Position numbers and translations under genes: made by a program
The notes under the pieces: model-generated
Told to the model about the DNA's origin: nothing
What the model saw: only the letters and a program-made list of their open reading frames with translations
The model's database searches: none
Shown: positions 25,402-36,950 of the stretch, in pieces
Layout: each line of letters opens with the position of its first letter
Position numbering within the stretch: position 1 is the first letter of the stretch
NCBI RefSeq assembly: GCF_004010195.1
Contig: NC_057718.1
Coordinates: forward strand, 7,073,579 to 7,122,467
DNA: 48,889 bases
Direction of reading: 5' to 3'
Origin: Chiloscyllium plagiosum
Taxonomy: Eukaryota

Positions 25402-26208
25402 TCTTGGATTTCTGTGGTATTTCTCCAAAGCATGGTGAGTAGAGTATTGTTGAGGAAACACATTGCATAGACTTACAGAGTACTCAGAGCAAACAGGCCG
25501 TTTGGCCCAGCAGGGTGAGGTCACCATTTGTGCTCCTCGTGCACCTTCCCCTGCCATGTTCCAACGGTGCCTCATTCTCACCTCAGAATAAGCAGATTAT
25601 ATATTCCAATCCACTCCAAATTCTCGGTCCCCTCTCTGGTGAATGAAAATGATCCCTTATCCTTGGACTAATACTAACACAGACCGCAATATTATAACAG
25701 CAGGTCAACTGTTCATAATCATAGTGTGGGAACTTGCAGTGTGCGAATTGGCTGCAGCATTTCCGAATTGCAAAACTGACTGATGTACCGTACTGGCCAT
25801 GAAACGCTTCAGCACGGTGGTGAAAGAGGCTTTATAAATGTGATTCTCACTCTTTCCCACTTCACCTTATCAGCAAATCCTGCCATTCTTTCCTCTTTAT
25901 TGATTTATTTAGACTCCTCTTAAATTCATTGATGCTAAATGCATCCATTTACACCCAGGGGATTTTCTCAACTCGCTCCCAGCAAACTCTCGTCAGGAAC
26001 TGACATCAAGCTAATAAAAGTAAGGATTGTGTGTTACTGCTCCATCACTAAGATTGAATACTAACATTCAGCTACTGACAGGAAGATTAATTGATTTGCA
26101 AACTGCAGTGCCTGATCAAAAAGGTGCTTCATGCAAGCAATTAACCTCCCTGATGTTTGAGTGTTGGCACCTGAAATTGATCTAACACAAAGCTTTAACT
26201 GAGTACAG

Positions 26209-26638
26209 TTAAAAATCATGCAACACCAGGTTAAGGTCCAGTAGATTTATTTGGGAGTACTATCTTTCAGAGTGCTGCTCCTTCATCAGGTAGCGAGTAG
26301 GGCAGGATCATAGGACACAGAATTTATAAGTAAAAGATCTCAGGGCAGTGACTTGAAAGAAATTCTGGGATTTACTCATTAATCAATCAAAACCTGCATC
26401 CCCATTCTAAGTGATTAAAGACATAACAGCAATCTAGATTTGTTCAATACATGGCATCAGTTATATGACACTTTAATCTTTTACCATAAAGTCTGTGTCC
26501 TATGATCCTGCCCTACTACCTATCTGACAAGGTAGCAGCGCTCTGAAAACTCGTATTTTCAAATAAACTTGTTAGACTTTGACTTCGTGTCATGTGATTT
26601 TCAATATTATCCACCCCCAACAACGGTACCTCCACACC
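26209..26638. mobile_element. Older PLE inverted insertion, family B
   Basis: Diverged inverted arms flanked by ttaactgag. The minus strand at about 26259-26293 has tac-CUGAUGA...GAAA-ga-UA-gua. Confidence 0.7.
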
Positions 26639-27199
26639 TTAACTGAGCATCACGAAGGGCTCTTGTGGAGTGATGGTATCTCCCTCCCTCTGAGCTAGGT
26701 GGCCTGGGTTCCAGTCCCAGTGTTATGTAATACCATAGAGTCATAGAGCTGTACAGCACAGTAACAGACCCTTCGGTCCAACCCGTCCATGCCAACCAGA
26801 TATACTGAATTAATCAAGTCTCATTTGTCAGCACTTGGCCCATATCCCTCTTGAACCCTTCCTATTCATATACCCATCCAGATGCCTTTTAAATGTGGCA
26901 ATTTTACCAACCTCCACCACTTCCTCTGGCAGCTCATTCCACGCATGCATATCTCTGAACAACTGATCAGAGAAAACGTCTGACAGACTATCAGTAGTGG
27001 GAGGTCTCTTGAAACAAGGGCAGCCTCTAGTGGCACAGTGGTAATGTCCCTACTCATGGACTGAAAGATCCAGGTTCAAGTCTCATCTACTCCTGAGGAT
27101 ATAATAACATCTCTGAAAAGGTCAATTAGGAAAAATAAGCGAAATAATACAATAACTGAACATTACTAGTAAAATGTCATGGAAACATGAAAGAAAAGT

Positions 27200-27730
27200 T
27201 TGTATTTATCAAGAATATTTCACAATCTCAGAACAGTCCAAAGCACCCCTCAGCCAATGTGGGCATGAGGTTCTGCAATTTAGGAAATGTGGTAGCCAAT
27301 TTGCAAATGGCAAGCTCTGTCATTGTTAATGATGTTGGTTGAGCAATGAGTATTGGTTTTACCACTAGGGGGAACTCTTCTTTCCCTTTTCAAATGATAT
27401 CTTCAAATAAAAATGATTCGGAGATGCCGATGTTGGACTGGGGTGTACAAAGTTAAAAATCATACAACTCCAGGTTATAGTCCAACAGGTTTAATTGGAA
27501 GCACTAGCCTTCGGAGCAACGCTCCTTCACTACCACCTAGTGAAGGAGCGTCGCTCCGAAAGCTAGTGTGCTTCCAATTAAACCTGTTGGACTATAACCT
27601 GTTGTTGTGTGATTTTTAACTTCAAATAAAAAAGATGTTTTCAAACGATGTCACTTATCTTCAGCCTGAGAGGGCAAGTGGGGAACCAGTTTGGCACCTC
27701 ATTGGAGAGATGGCATTTCTATTAATGTGT
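27200..27730 (-). mobile_element. Old Deu/SacSINE1-like SINE (a plus-strand 3' part lies at about 25700-25845)
   Basis: Recalled similarity to the Deu domain (gggagcttgctgtgcgcaaattggctgccgcgtttcc). Heavily diverged. Confidence 0.5.
27414..27619. mobile_element. PLE hairpin insertion, family B
   Basis: About 80-bp inverted arms and a 35-nt tail. 13-bp TSD cttcaaataaaaa (27401-27413 / 27620-27632). The hammerhead core is mutated. Confidence 0.78.
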
Positions 27731-27899
27731 GACTGCTTGAGTGCTTGTTCTGGCATAAACTTGCTATCTGCCTTCTTACCTTGCCCCATAGTAATAATCA
27801 TGAAAAATAAAATTAAATATTAACAACATGAGATTTGGTGAAGTAGGCCATTCAGCCCATTGAGTGTGCTCCACCATTGCTGTGGGGGCTGGAAAAATA

Positions 27900-28535
27900 T
27901 TGGAATCCCTACAGAGTGGAAACAGGCCATTTGGCCCAATACTCCGAAGAGTATCCCACTCAGACCCATTCCCCTAGCCTATTACTCTACATTTTCCCTG
28001 ACTAATGCACCTAACCTACACATCCCTGAACACTATGGGTAATTTAGCATGGCCAATCCACCCTAATCTGCACATATTTGGATTGTGGGAGGAAAGTGGA
28101 GCACCCAGAGGAAATCCATGCAGACACGGGGAGAACGTGCAAACTCCACACAGACAGTCACCCCAGGCTAACCACTGAGCCACTGTGCCACCCAATATGG
28201 AACAGGAACAGAAATTGCTGGAGAAACTCAGTGGGTCTGGAACCATCTCTGGAGAGAGAAATGGAGTTAATGTTTTGAGTCCAGTGACCGTTCCTCAGAA
28301 CTGATAGCAGCTCGGAAAAGGTGTTTTCTATGTTGATATTGGGAAGAGGGGTGGAAGGAGTGAGTAAATAGGTGGAGATGGAGCCCAGAGAAAGGGAGGT
28401 ATAAGGGTAGGCAGACAAAGGGATTGCTGATATTGAGTCAGGGGAGAAGAGAAACTTAAGATAATGTAAAGAACTGTGGACACTGGACATCTGAAACAAA
28501 ACAGAAATTCCTGGAGAAACTCACTAGGTCTGTCA
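27900..28535 (-). mobile_element. HE1 SINE (about 27900-28192) followed by family C PLE-derived sequence (about 28198-28535)
   Basis: V-core present. The family C part has gttCTGAGGA...gactcAAAAcattaac on the minus strand (decayed hammerhead). Confidence 0.7.
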
Positions 28536-29103
28536 GCAGTGGAGGTAGAGAGAGGGAGAGAGAGAGAGAGAATTGAATTGAATTATTAATTGTCACTTGT
28601 ATTTAACAAATAAATACGGTGAAAAGCGTAATATGTCGCCGTGCTCCAGGTCCACTTCAAGTTACAAAAGATGTGAAGATATAACTAGAATATAATTAAA
28701 AACACAGTCCTTAATGCCTTCTTGTACTCTGCTTGACATGGGAATGGAGGAGGGGGGTCTCCACAATGGGCTCCAGGCCCATCAATGCCCCTGCACCACA
28801 GTCCATTTCAGGAGTGCCACTCCAGGGTCACCATCACTGCGACTGTATTCCAGAAATACCACACTGGGCCTACCACACCTCGCAGGTACTATGGACAGTC
28901 AGCATGTTTTTCCCAGGGTAGAAATGTCAATTACTAAGGGGCATAGGTTTTAATGAAAAAGGGGGAAAGTTTGAAGGGGATGTGAGAGGCAGGTTTGTTC
29001 ACACACAGGTTGTTAAGTGCCTGGAACGTACTGGCCAGAGGAGGTGGAGGAGGGATGTACAATAGCAATGTTTTAGACACACCTTGACAGATACATGAAT
29101 AAG

Positions 29104-29740
29104 GAGGAGAAAGTGAGGACTGCAGATGCTGGAGATCAGAGTCGAGAGTGTGGTGCTGGAAAAGCACAGCAGGTCAGGCAGCATCAGAGGAGCAGGGGAA
29201 TCGACGTTTCAGGCATAAGCCCTTCATCAGGAATGAAGCTTGTGAGTTGGGGCTGAGAGGTGGGTGGGGTTTGGGGAAAGGTAGCTGAGAAAGTGATAGG
29301 TAGATGAAGGTGAGGGAGAAGGTGACAGGTCAGAGGGGGGAGTGATGGACAGGTCCGGAGCGTGGTGCCGAGTTGGAGGTTGGGACTGAGATAATGTGGG
29401 GAAGGGGAAATGAAGAAACTGTTGAAATCCACATTTATGATGTGTGGTTGCAGGGTCCCAAGGTGGAAGATGAGGCGTTCTTCCTACAGGTGTCGGGTGG
29501 TAACGGTTTGGCAGTGGAGGAGGCCCAGGACCTGCATGTCCTTAACGGAGTGGGAGGGAGAGTTGAAGTGTTCAGCAATGGGGCAGTGGGGTTGGTGGGT
29601 GCAGGTGTTCCAGAGATATTCTCTGAAACGACCTGCAAGAAGGCGTCCTGAGTCCTCGATATAGAGGAGACCACATCGGGTGCAATGGATGCAGTAGATG
29701 ACATTGGTAGAGGTCCAGGTAAATTGTTGATGGATATGGA
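29104..29740 (-). mobile_element. 5'-truncated Penelope-like element: GIY-YIG endonuclease C-terminus, 3' UTR with hammerhead motif, and terminus
   Basis: FTWTSTNVIYCIHCTRCGLLYIEDSGRLLAGRFREY...IAEHFN. CUGAUGA..GAAAcgUC at about 29203-29230. 15-bp TSD agatacatgaataag (29089-29103 / 29741-29755) inside a plus-strand CR1 (about 28885-29900). Confidence 0.9.
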
Positions 29741-29914
29741 AGATACATGAATAAGCAGGGCATAGAGGGATACAGTCCACTGCAGATGCTGAAAGCAGAC
29801 TACGTAAAGGCAGAAGATTTTATGTTTAGAAAAGGTGTCATGTGTCAGCACAGTGCTGGTGGGCCAAAGGGCCTGTTCCTGTGTTGTAGTGTTCTTTGTT
29901 CATTGCAGTACTGC

Positions 29915-30128
29915 AGGGGGACCAGTTGGTCAGTGTGCGATGCAGAGTGATCCCAACAGTGTGGGTTCAATTCCCACACCAGCTGAGGTCACCACAAAGG
30001 ACTCACCTTCTGAAACACCCCCCCTTGCCTGAGGTGTGGTGACCCCCAGGTTTGACCACCACCAGTTGACTAGCTCAAATGAAAGAGCCAGCCCTGTAGT
30101 CTGACAAGACCACAGTGACTTTACCTTA
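29915..30128 (+). mobile_element. tRNA-derived SINE, third family
   Basis: B-box ggttcaattcc and a 3' end gactttacctt. Confidence 0.5.
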
Positions 30129-30198
30129 GTGCTCCAATAATACGTAGCCATGTTTGGACACCTTTGGGAATAATTCGAATGGCACCTGCAGTCATTGA

Positions 30199-30495
30199 TA
30201 AAAATCACAAAACACCAGGTTATAGTCCAACAGTCCTGCTCCTCGGATGCTGCCTGACATGCTGTGATTTTCCAGCACCACTATAATCTAAACTCTGGTT
30301 TCCAGCATCTGCAGTCCTCACTTCTGCCTGTATAGTCCAACAGGTTCATTTGGAAGCATTATACTCCACAACCACCTGATGATGGAGCAGCGCTGCGAAA
30401 GCTGGTGCTTCCAAATGCACCTGTTGGACCATAACTTGGTGTTGTGTGATTTTTAACCTTGTACACCCCAGTCCAACACCGGCATCTCCGAATCA
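30199..30495. mobile_element. Family B PLE hairpin with a family A PLE terminus (30234-30330) nested inside
   Basis: Outer TSD tgcaRtcattga (30187-30198 / 30496-30507). Inner TSD tatagtccaacag (30221-30233 / 30331-30343). Hammerhead motif at 30376-30404 with UG at the cleavage site. Confidence 0.78.
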
Positions 30496-30529
30496 TGCAA
30501 TCATTGAGATATAGAGAATTCATACTTAC

Positions 30530-30584
30530 AGAATGGTTCACTGAATGGAATAGTTGCATCTGTTAACACAATTAAGTCATTGTC
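30530..30584 (-). CDS. CD109: CD109-like exon (55 bp, phase 0-1): DNDLIVLTDATIPFSEPF
   Basis: tcacag acceptor and gtaagt donor. 'L.VLTDA' motif precedes the bait region. Confidence 0.82.
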
Positions 30585-30992
30585 CTGTGAATGAAAAGAT
30601 AGACAAAGGTTGCAATTAGTATTTGTGTGGTTTTGAATGTTGTTATTTTCAAGGGCGGGGTTGCTCACGCTGGGGGTGTTGACGAAGTCTTGGGTTTGAA
30701 GACAGTGACCTCGTCCCCGGTGTTGCTTGCATTGTCGGATAACCCTCCATGATCCATACCTTCACCAGGCTGTCTACACCTTCACCACACTCTCACTGGC
30801 CTTGTACAACATCACCCATCCTCCCCACCAACATCAGATCCTCTACGAGACCCCCCCTGCCTAACTTCAGGCTGCACACCCCCACCAACCCCACCTCAAC
30901 CTGTTCACTACTGACTTCCCCCCACCCTCACTGTGTGGAGCCCCCCCCCACCCTCATGCCTTACACCAAGCCCTCCCCACTCCCCTCCTCAC

Positions 30993-31070
30993 CTGAAATG
31001 CGTTAAAGGAATGCAGGCTATGAATCTGCTTGGTATCATCTTTAATCGCACTTTTTAATTCCTGAATAAC
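30993..31070 (-). CDS. CD109: CD109-like exon (78 bp, phase 0-0): VIQELKSAIKDDTKQIHSLHSFNAFQ
   Basis: ccacag acceptor and gtgagg donor. Resembles CD109 'VVHEL...SFAVFQ'. Confidence 0.8.
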
Positions 31071-31169
31071 CTGTGGACAAAAGTAACAATATTATCACAT
31101 CTCAGTCCTCAGGAAAGAATAAATTCACTTTGCACTTTCTGTCCCTACAGCTGCTCTCTGAACCTTTCA

Positions 31170-31775
31170 GTCATTGGGCATTGAGTAAAGAGGTTGGGAA
31201 GTTATGTTACAGTTGTACAGGATGTTGATGAGGCTGCACTTGGAGGATTGTGTTCAGTTTTGGTCACCTTGCTACAGGAAGGATGTTATCAATCTGGAAA
31301 GAGTGTAGAAGAAATTTACAAAAGACTCAATGGGCTGAGGTTTAGGGAGAGGAGGACAAGCTAGGACTTTTTTCTTTAGAGTGTAGGAGACTGAGGTGGG
31401 GTCTTAGAGAAGTGAATAGGATCATGAGAGGCATGGATAGGGTGAATGCACTCAGTCTTTTTCCCAGGGTTAGGGAATCAAGGATTAGAGAGCATCAGTT
31501 TAAGGGTAGAGGGGAAAGAATAAAAGGGAACCTGAGGGGCAACTTTTTTACACAGAGAGTGGTACACATGTAGAATGAGCTGCCACGGAAATGGTTGAGG
31601 CAGGTGCGTTAACAACATTCAAAAATCATTTGGACAAATACATGGATAGGAAAGGGTTAGAAGGGTATAGCTCAAGTGCAGGGAAATGGGATTGATGTGG
31701 ACGGACATTTTGGTTGGCATGAACTGGTTTGGGCTGATGGGCCTGTCTCTGTGCTGGAGGACTCTATGACTCTAT
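31170..31775 (+). mobile_element. CR1/HER1 3' fragment
   Basis: Decayed ORF2 C-terminus and ctctatga tail. Confidence 0.85.
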
Positions 31776-31959
31776 GAAGCTGCAGATGGCCACAGGAAGT
31801 GCAGCCTGGCCTGTGACCATCTCCTTTGGGAATCGAGCCCCTTGTATAAAGGAGAATCACACACTCGAAAGCTCAGAGCCTCAGCTGCGAACAGCCTTCA
31901 GTTTTGCCTCACGTCCCTAACCGTATCAAATCCTGCAGCATTCTGAAGGCAGCTCTCCC

Positions 31960-32360
31960 CTGTGTAACATTCCAGTAACCCCACCAGCACCTTCTCCCTT
32001 CTTTACATCACCTCTCCACCTGCAAGTGCTGGAGACTCACCTCCTCCATACACCCATCTGCCAAATACTCCTTCCAAATGAAACAATGATTCACTTCTAG
32101 TTCTACCTATGAAGTATGTCTTGCATTCCCTATCCACTACCTGATCTCTTCTACACTGGGAAGACCAAATGGAAACTTGTGCACCACCTGTATGAAGTCT
32201 GCAACACGACTCTAGATTTCCTACCCCCTGTCATTTTAGATCCCCACCTTGATTTCAGTCTCGTGTTTCCAGCCTTAATCAGAGGTTCAATACTAACTCA
32301 AGGAGCAGCATCTTTTAACCCAGCTCTCTGCAGCATCCTGGACTCAATATTGCATTCAAT
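31960..32360 (+). mobile_element. Highly degenerate PLE GIY-YIG fragment
   Basis: FQMKQ*FTSSS...LFYTGKTK parallels the FT.TS.NVIYC..LLYI.E segment at 29.7 kb. Confidence 0.5.
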
Positions 32361-32509
32361 ACACTTGCAACATTATGTCTGTTGCTATCTTGTCCTGTAC
32401 CTTTCTTTTTAACTGCTTCCTCTCATTATTTAAGGCTTTGTGTTGCATTCAGATTGTTGTCTTACAGCCATTCATGCTTCATCAAGTCTTAGGGGGAAGG
32501 AGTCCCACC

Positions 32510-34030
32510 CATCTTATAAGACACTTGGTTAGACCTCACCTGGAGCATTGTGTACAGTTCTGGGCACCATATTATAGAAAGGAGGTGAATGGATTGGAGA
32601 GAGTGCAGAAGCAATTTATGAGAGACCTCAGTTATGAGGAAAGATTGGAGAAGTCGAGAATAATCCCCCTGGAAGAGAGAAGACCAAGAGGAGATTTGAT
32701 AGAAGTCTTCAGAGTCATGAGTGGGCTGGACAGAGTGGCGAGGGGATAAGAGGCAAAAAACTGCAGATGCTGGAATCCAAAGTAGACAAATAGGAGGCTA
32801 GAAGAACACAGCAAACCAGGCAGCATCAGGACGTGGCTTGCTGTGTTTTCCCAGCCTCCTATTTGTCTACTTTAGAGAGGGGACAAAGCTATTCCGAGTC
32901 ATAAACGGATTGAAAACTAGAGGATGCAGTTCTAAAGTGTTTTACAAAACATGCAAATACAAGGTGATTATAGTTTTTTTTCACTCAGTGAGTTATTAGG
33001 GTGTGGAACGCACTGCCTGGAAATGTGGTGGAGGCAGGTTCATTTTAGGCATTTTAGGAGGGGCACTGGATGAGTATTTAAATAGAAAGACTGTTCGAGG
33101 CTCCAGGGAAAAGGCAGGAGAGTGGCAGTGAGTTAAAATGATCAGAGAAGGGATGGGCTGAATGACCTCTTTCTGTGATTGGGTGCGAAGCAATGCTGAA
33201 TCCCTGGATAGCCAAGCTCTTGTAATAAAATTCAACATTGGCATCTCTTTGCTTGTATTGACACCACCCCGTGTAACTGCTCAGCATTTTTACAGCATCC
33301 ACTTATCAAGATCTCTGTTAATTTACAAAGAGTCTGGTAAACAGCCTGTTCTTTTCTCACTGAGAACATGGAACATGGAACAGCACAGCATAGGAGGGAG
33401 CCTTGCGGCCCACAGGGTTGTGCCAAACGTGATGACAAATTAAACTAATCCCTGCCACCTACCCTTGGTCGTTATCCCTCCATACCTTTCATATTCATGC
33501 GCTAATCTAAAAGTCCCTTAAATGCCCCAATCGTATCTGCCTCCACCACTACCCTTGGCAGCATGTTCCAGACTCCTATCACTACATATATAATTAAAAA
33601 GACAGTTCTTCCTCCCTTCTTGTAGTCCACTTGACATTGGGATGGGGAAGGGGGTCTCCAGACCCATCAATACCCCTGCGCCACAGTCCATTCCAGGAGT
33701 CTCACTCCAGAGCCGCCATCGCCGCTACTGCATCTAAAAACCTTGCCCCTCGCATCTCCTTTGAACTTTCCCCTCTCACCTTAAATGCATGCCCCCTAGT
33801 TTTAGACATTTCAACTCTGGGAAAGAGATTCTGACCATCAACCCTATCTATGCATCTCATAATTTTATAGACTTCTATCAAGTCTCCCCTCAGCCTCTGC
33901 TGCTCCAGAGAAAACAACCCGAGTTTTTCTAGCCTCTCCTTATAGCTCATACCCTATAATCCAGGCAGCAACCTGGTAAACCTATTCTACATCCTCTGCA
34001 AAGCCTCCATATCCTTCTTGTAATGGCCAG
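32510..34030. mobile_element. Tail-to-tail CR1 fragments (about 32510-33180 plus, 33363-34030 minus), with a PLE hairpin at about 32749-32873 and an unclassified insert at about 33585-33732
   Basis: VRPHLEHCVQFW and RGDLIEV motifs. Arms aaagtagacaaataggaggct / agcctcctatttgtctacttt. Confidence 0.8.
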
Positions 34031-34337
34031 ACCTTTTTTTTCATTCATTCACAGGATTTGGGCATCATTGGCCAGGCCCATTTATTGCCCAGAGAGTAGG
34101 TAAAAGTCAACCACATTGCTGTGGGTCTGGAGTCACACAAAGGCCAGACTAGGTAAGGATAGCAGTTTCTCTCCCAAAAGAACATCAGTGAAACAGATGG
34201 GTTTTTTCCCCAACAATTGGCAATGGATTCATGGTCATCACTTAATTCTAGATTTTTATTGAACTCAAATTCTACCATCTGCCGTGGCAGGATCTGAACC
34301 GAGATCCACAGAGCATTACCTGGTTCTCTGGGTTAAC

Positions 34338-34500
34338 AGAAAGTGAGGACTGCAGATGCTGGAGAGTCAGAGTTGAAAAGTGGGATGCTGGAAAAAACAC
34401 AGCAGGTCAGGCAGCCCATCAAGGGTTTATGCCTCAAACAACGACTGTCCTGCTCTTCGGATGCTGCCTGACATGCTGTGCTTTTCGAGCGCCACACTTT
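34338..34500. mobile_element. Older family A PLE hairpin inserted in a SINE
   Basis: Diverged inverted arms flanked by tctctggRttaRca. Confidence 0.65.
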
Positions 34501-34866
34501 AGTCTCTGGATTAGCAACTCAGTGACAATACCAATACGCCTCCCTCTGAACACAAATACTTGATGCAGAGGTCAGCATATGCATAAACCATGAAGGTATG
34601 TTTCTCTCTAATTCTGAGCCATTGGTTTTTGATTGTTGAACAAAACTGTGAAAAGGTACCTCTCACAACACTCAAGGAAATCCATCTCATAAAGAAGTGA
34701 TGATTGGGCTTTATTCTAAGTTAGTGATCTGTAACCCAGGAGTGAATATTAATCTTCTTGTTCAAATAAGCTGACTGCAAAAAGACTTTGTTCTTGTTCA
34801 GCTGCTGTCCAATGTTTCTAGGCCACAGTGACTGAAGTTCTCAAAATTATTTTAGTCATTGCTTAC

Positions 34867-35019
34867 CATTTCTTCTGTGAGATCATTCCCTCCCTTGAGC
34901 AGTTTGACACTCTTGTCCACCACTAAGATCCCAACAAACGAGTGCTCTTCATTGGTGGACACGCTCAGAGAGACATTATCAGCTGGCTTGACTTGCTCCT
35001 TGCTCCAAGACAATGACAC
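34867..35019 (-). CDS. CD109: CD109-like exon (153 bp, phase 0-0): VSLSWSKEQVKPADNVSLSVSTNEEHSFVGILVVDKSVKLLKGGNDLTEEM
   Basis: tgcag acceptor and gtaagc donor. Conserved 'VDKSV.L....ND' TEP-family motif. Confidence 0.92.
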
Positions 35020-36302
35020 CTGCACCAATTGAAATCAATCATTAAATTGCCAGGAACAACAAGTTGCATTTACACTGCACCTTTTTTGTAGCAAAACAGA
35101 CTCTGTGCATGAGGCTCCAGGTTTCAAGTCCCACCCGAGGATGTGGTATCCACCGAGTGCTCATAACACTGCCAAAGAGATTTGGTTATTAATCTAAAGT
35201 CTGCCAGCACACCCTATGGAGGCCAGTAAGTGCAGTAGGGAGTCCTGGTCAAACATGCTTGATACAGAGTGATACACTTCAAACTACAGGCTCTGGTTCA
35301 GACTAAAGACTTGCTCCAGGAAAAAAAAACAAGCTGCAAAAACTGGCATCGCCCCCGTACATCTCTAAACACAGGAAGCCTCCTCTGTCATAAGAACAAA
35401 GAGCAGGAGTAGGCCATTCAGCCCTTTGAGTCTGCTCCACCATTTAATACAATCATGGCTGACCTCTTAGTCTCAACAACACTTTCTTACCCGCTCTCCA
35501 TAACCCTTCACTCATTACTAATTAAAAAGCTGTCTCCTCTTTTAATATATTCAGTGTCCACCACACTCTGGGATCATGGATTTGATGGATTTACAACCCT
35601 TGGAGAAAAGTAATTTTTCCCCATCTTCATAAAAAAATCTGCTACCTAAATCCTAAAACTATGATCTCTCATTCTACATTGCCCTACATGAGTAGACATC
35701 CTTTCTACACCTACCTTGTCAATTCCCTCTAGCATTTTATATACATCAATAATGTCTCTCAAACTGCTCAATCTCTCTTCATAAGACAAGGTTTTAATCT
35801 CTGTCCAAGAGTTTAATGAAATAGAACCTCCCTTCACAGGTCATTTATTGGATACATGCTGAAGTTCATTAAGGAGATGTGGGGATAGATTTCCCAAAGT
35901 TTGGGTCAGTGAGACTTACTGCCAAACAAAAGCAGCGTCCAAGCTTGGACTCAGTACTGTTGATTAACTGAGAAGGTCACAAATGGGAGTAACCTGGACT
36001 TGAAGAATCATGACTGATTTGTACCAGAAATTAAAAAGTGGACAGAAACAAGTGGATGCTAGAAATCAGAAACCAGAACAGAAATTGCTGGAAGAAACTC
36101 AGCAGGAACTGGCAGCATCTATGAGGAGAAAGCAGAGTTAACATCTTCTTCAGAACTCAACCGAAATAAAGATTGGACGTTTGCTAGGAAGGCAACGGAA
36201 ACATCGAAACACATTTCAATAGCAGAAACAGTTGGACGACCTTATGCATCTTTGATGTGAGAAACGGAAAACAGGAATTGATAAAGTGTTGAAGTGCTCC
36301 AG

Positions 36303-36628
36303 GATGGCAAGGCGGCTCAGTGGTTAGCACTGCCGCCTCATAGACCCAGGTTCGATTCCAGCCTTGTGCAACTGTCTGTGTGGAGTTTGCACATTCTCCT
36401 CGCATCTGTGGGGTTTCCTCTGGCTGATCTGGTTTCCTCCCACAATCCAGAGATATGCATGCTAGGTGAATTGGCCATGCTAAATTGCCCTTAATGTTAG
36501 GGGATGTGTAGGTTAGGTGCATTAATCAGGGGTAAATATAGAGTAGGGGGTCTCGGTAGATTACTCTTTGAAGGGTTGGTGTGGACTTGTTGGGCTGAAG
36601 GGTCTGTTTCCACACTCTAGGGATTCTA
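36303..36628 (+). mobile_element. HE1-type V-SINE
   Basis: Head, V-core and tail. Confidence 0.85.
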
Positions 36629-36767
36629 GTTCTAAGATATCTGAAACAGCCAGGTTTGTTCAGATCTGTCCAGCAATGGAGCCACCATTGAGCTGAGGGA
36701 CAATGGCTGCCTTACTGGTGCTGTCCAGATCCAAACAACAAGTTTAAACATCAACAAAAGCTCTGAC

Positions 36768-36944
36768 CTGATTTCTAAAGATGCCTTCCACTTCCAACTC
36801 CAAATCAGAACTAATGAGCTGACCATCTTCTGCAACGTAGTAGACGATGAGGCTTGCTGACGGAGCCCAGGAAGGTTCCGGCGTTAGCTGGATTGTGCTC
36901 AGATTGCTTTTGCCTGTCAGTATCACCTGACCCCGTGATATCAC
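36768..36944 (-). CDS. CD109: CD109-like exon (177 bp, phase 0-0): VISRGQVILTGKSNLSTIQLTPEPSWAPSASLIVYYVAEDGQLISSDLELEVEGIFRNQ
   Basis: cctcag acceptor and gtcaga donor. A2M-family 'SRGQ...W.P...IVYY...DG' segment. Confidence 0.92.
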
Positions 36945-36950
36945 CTGAGG

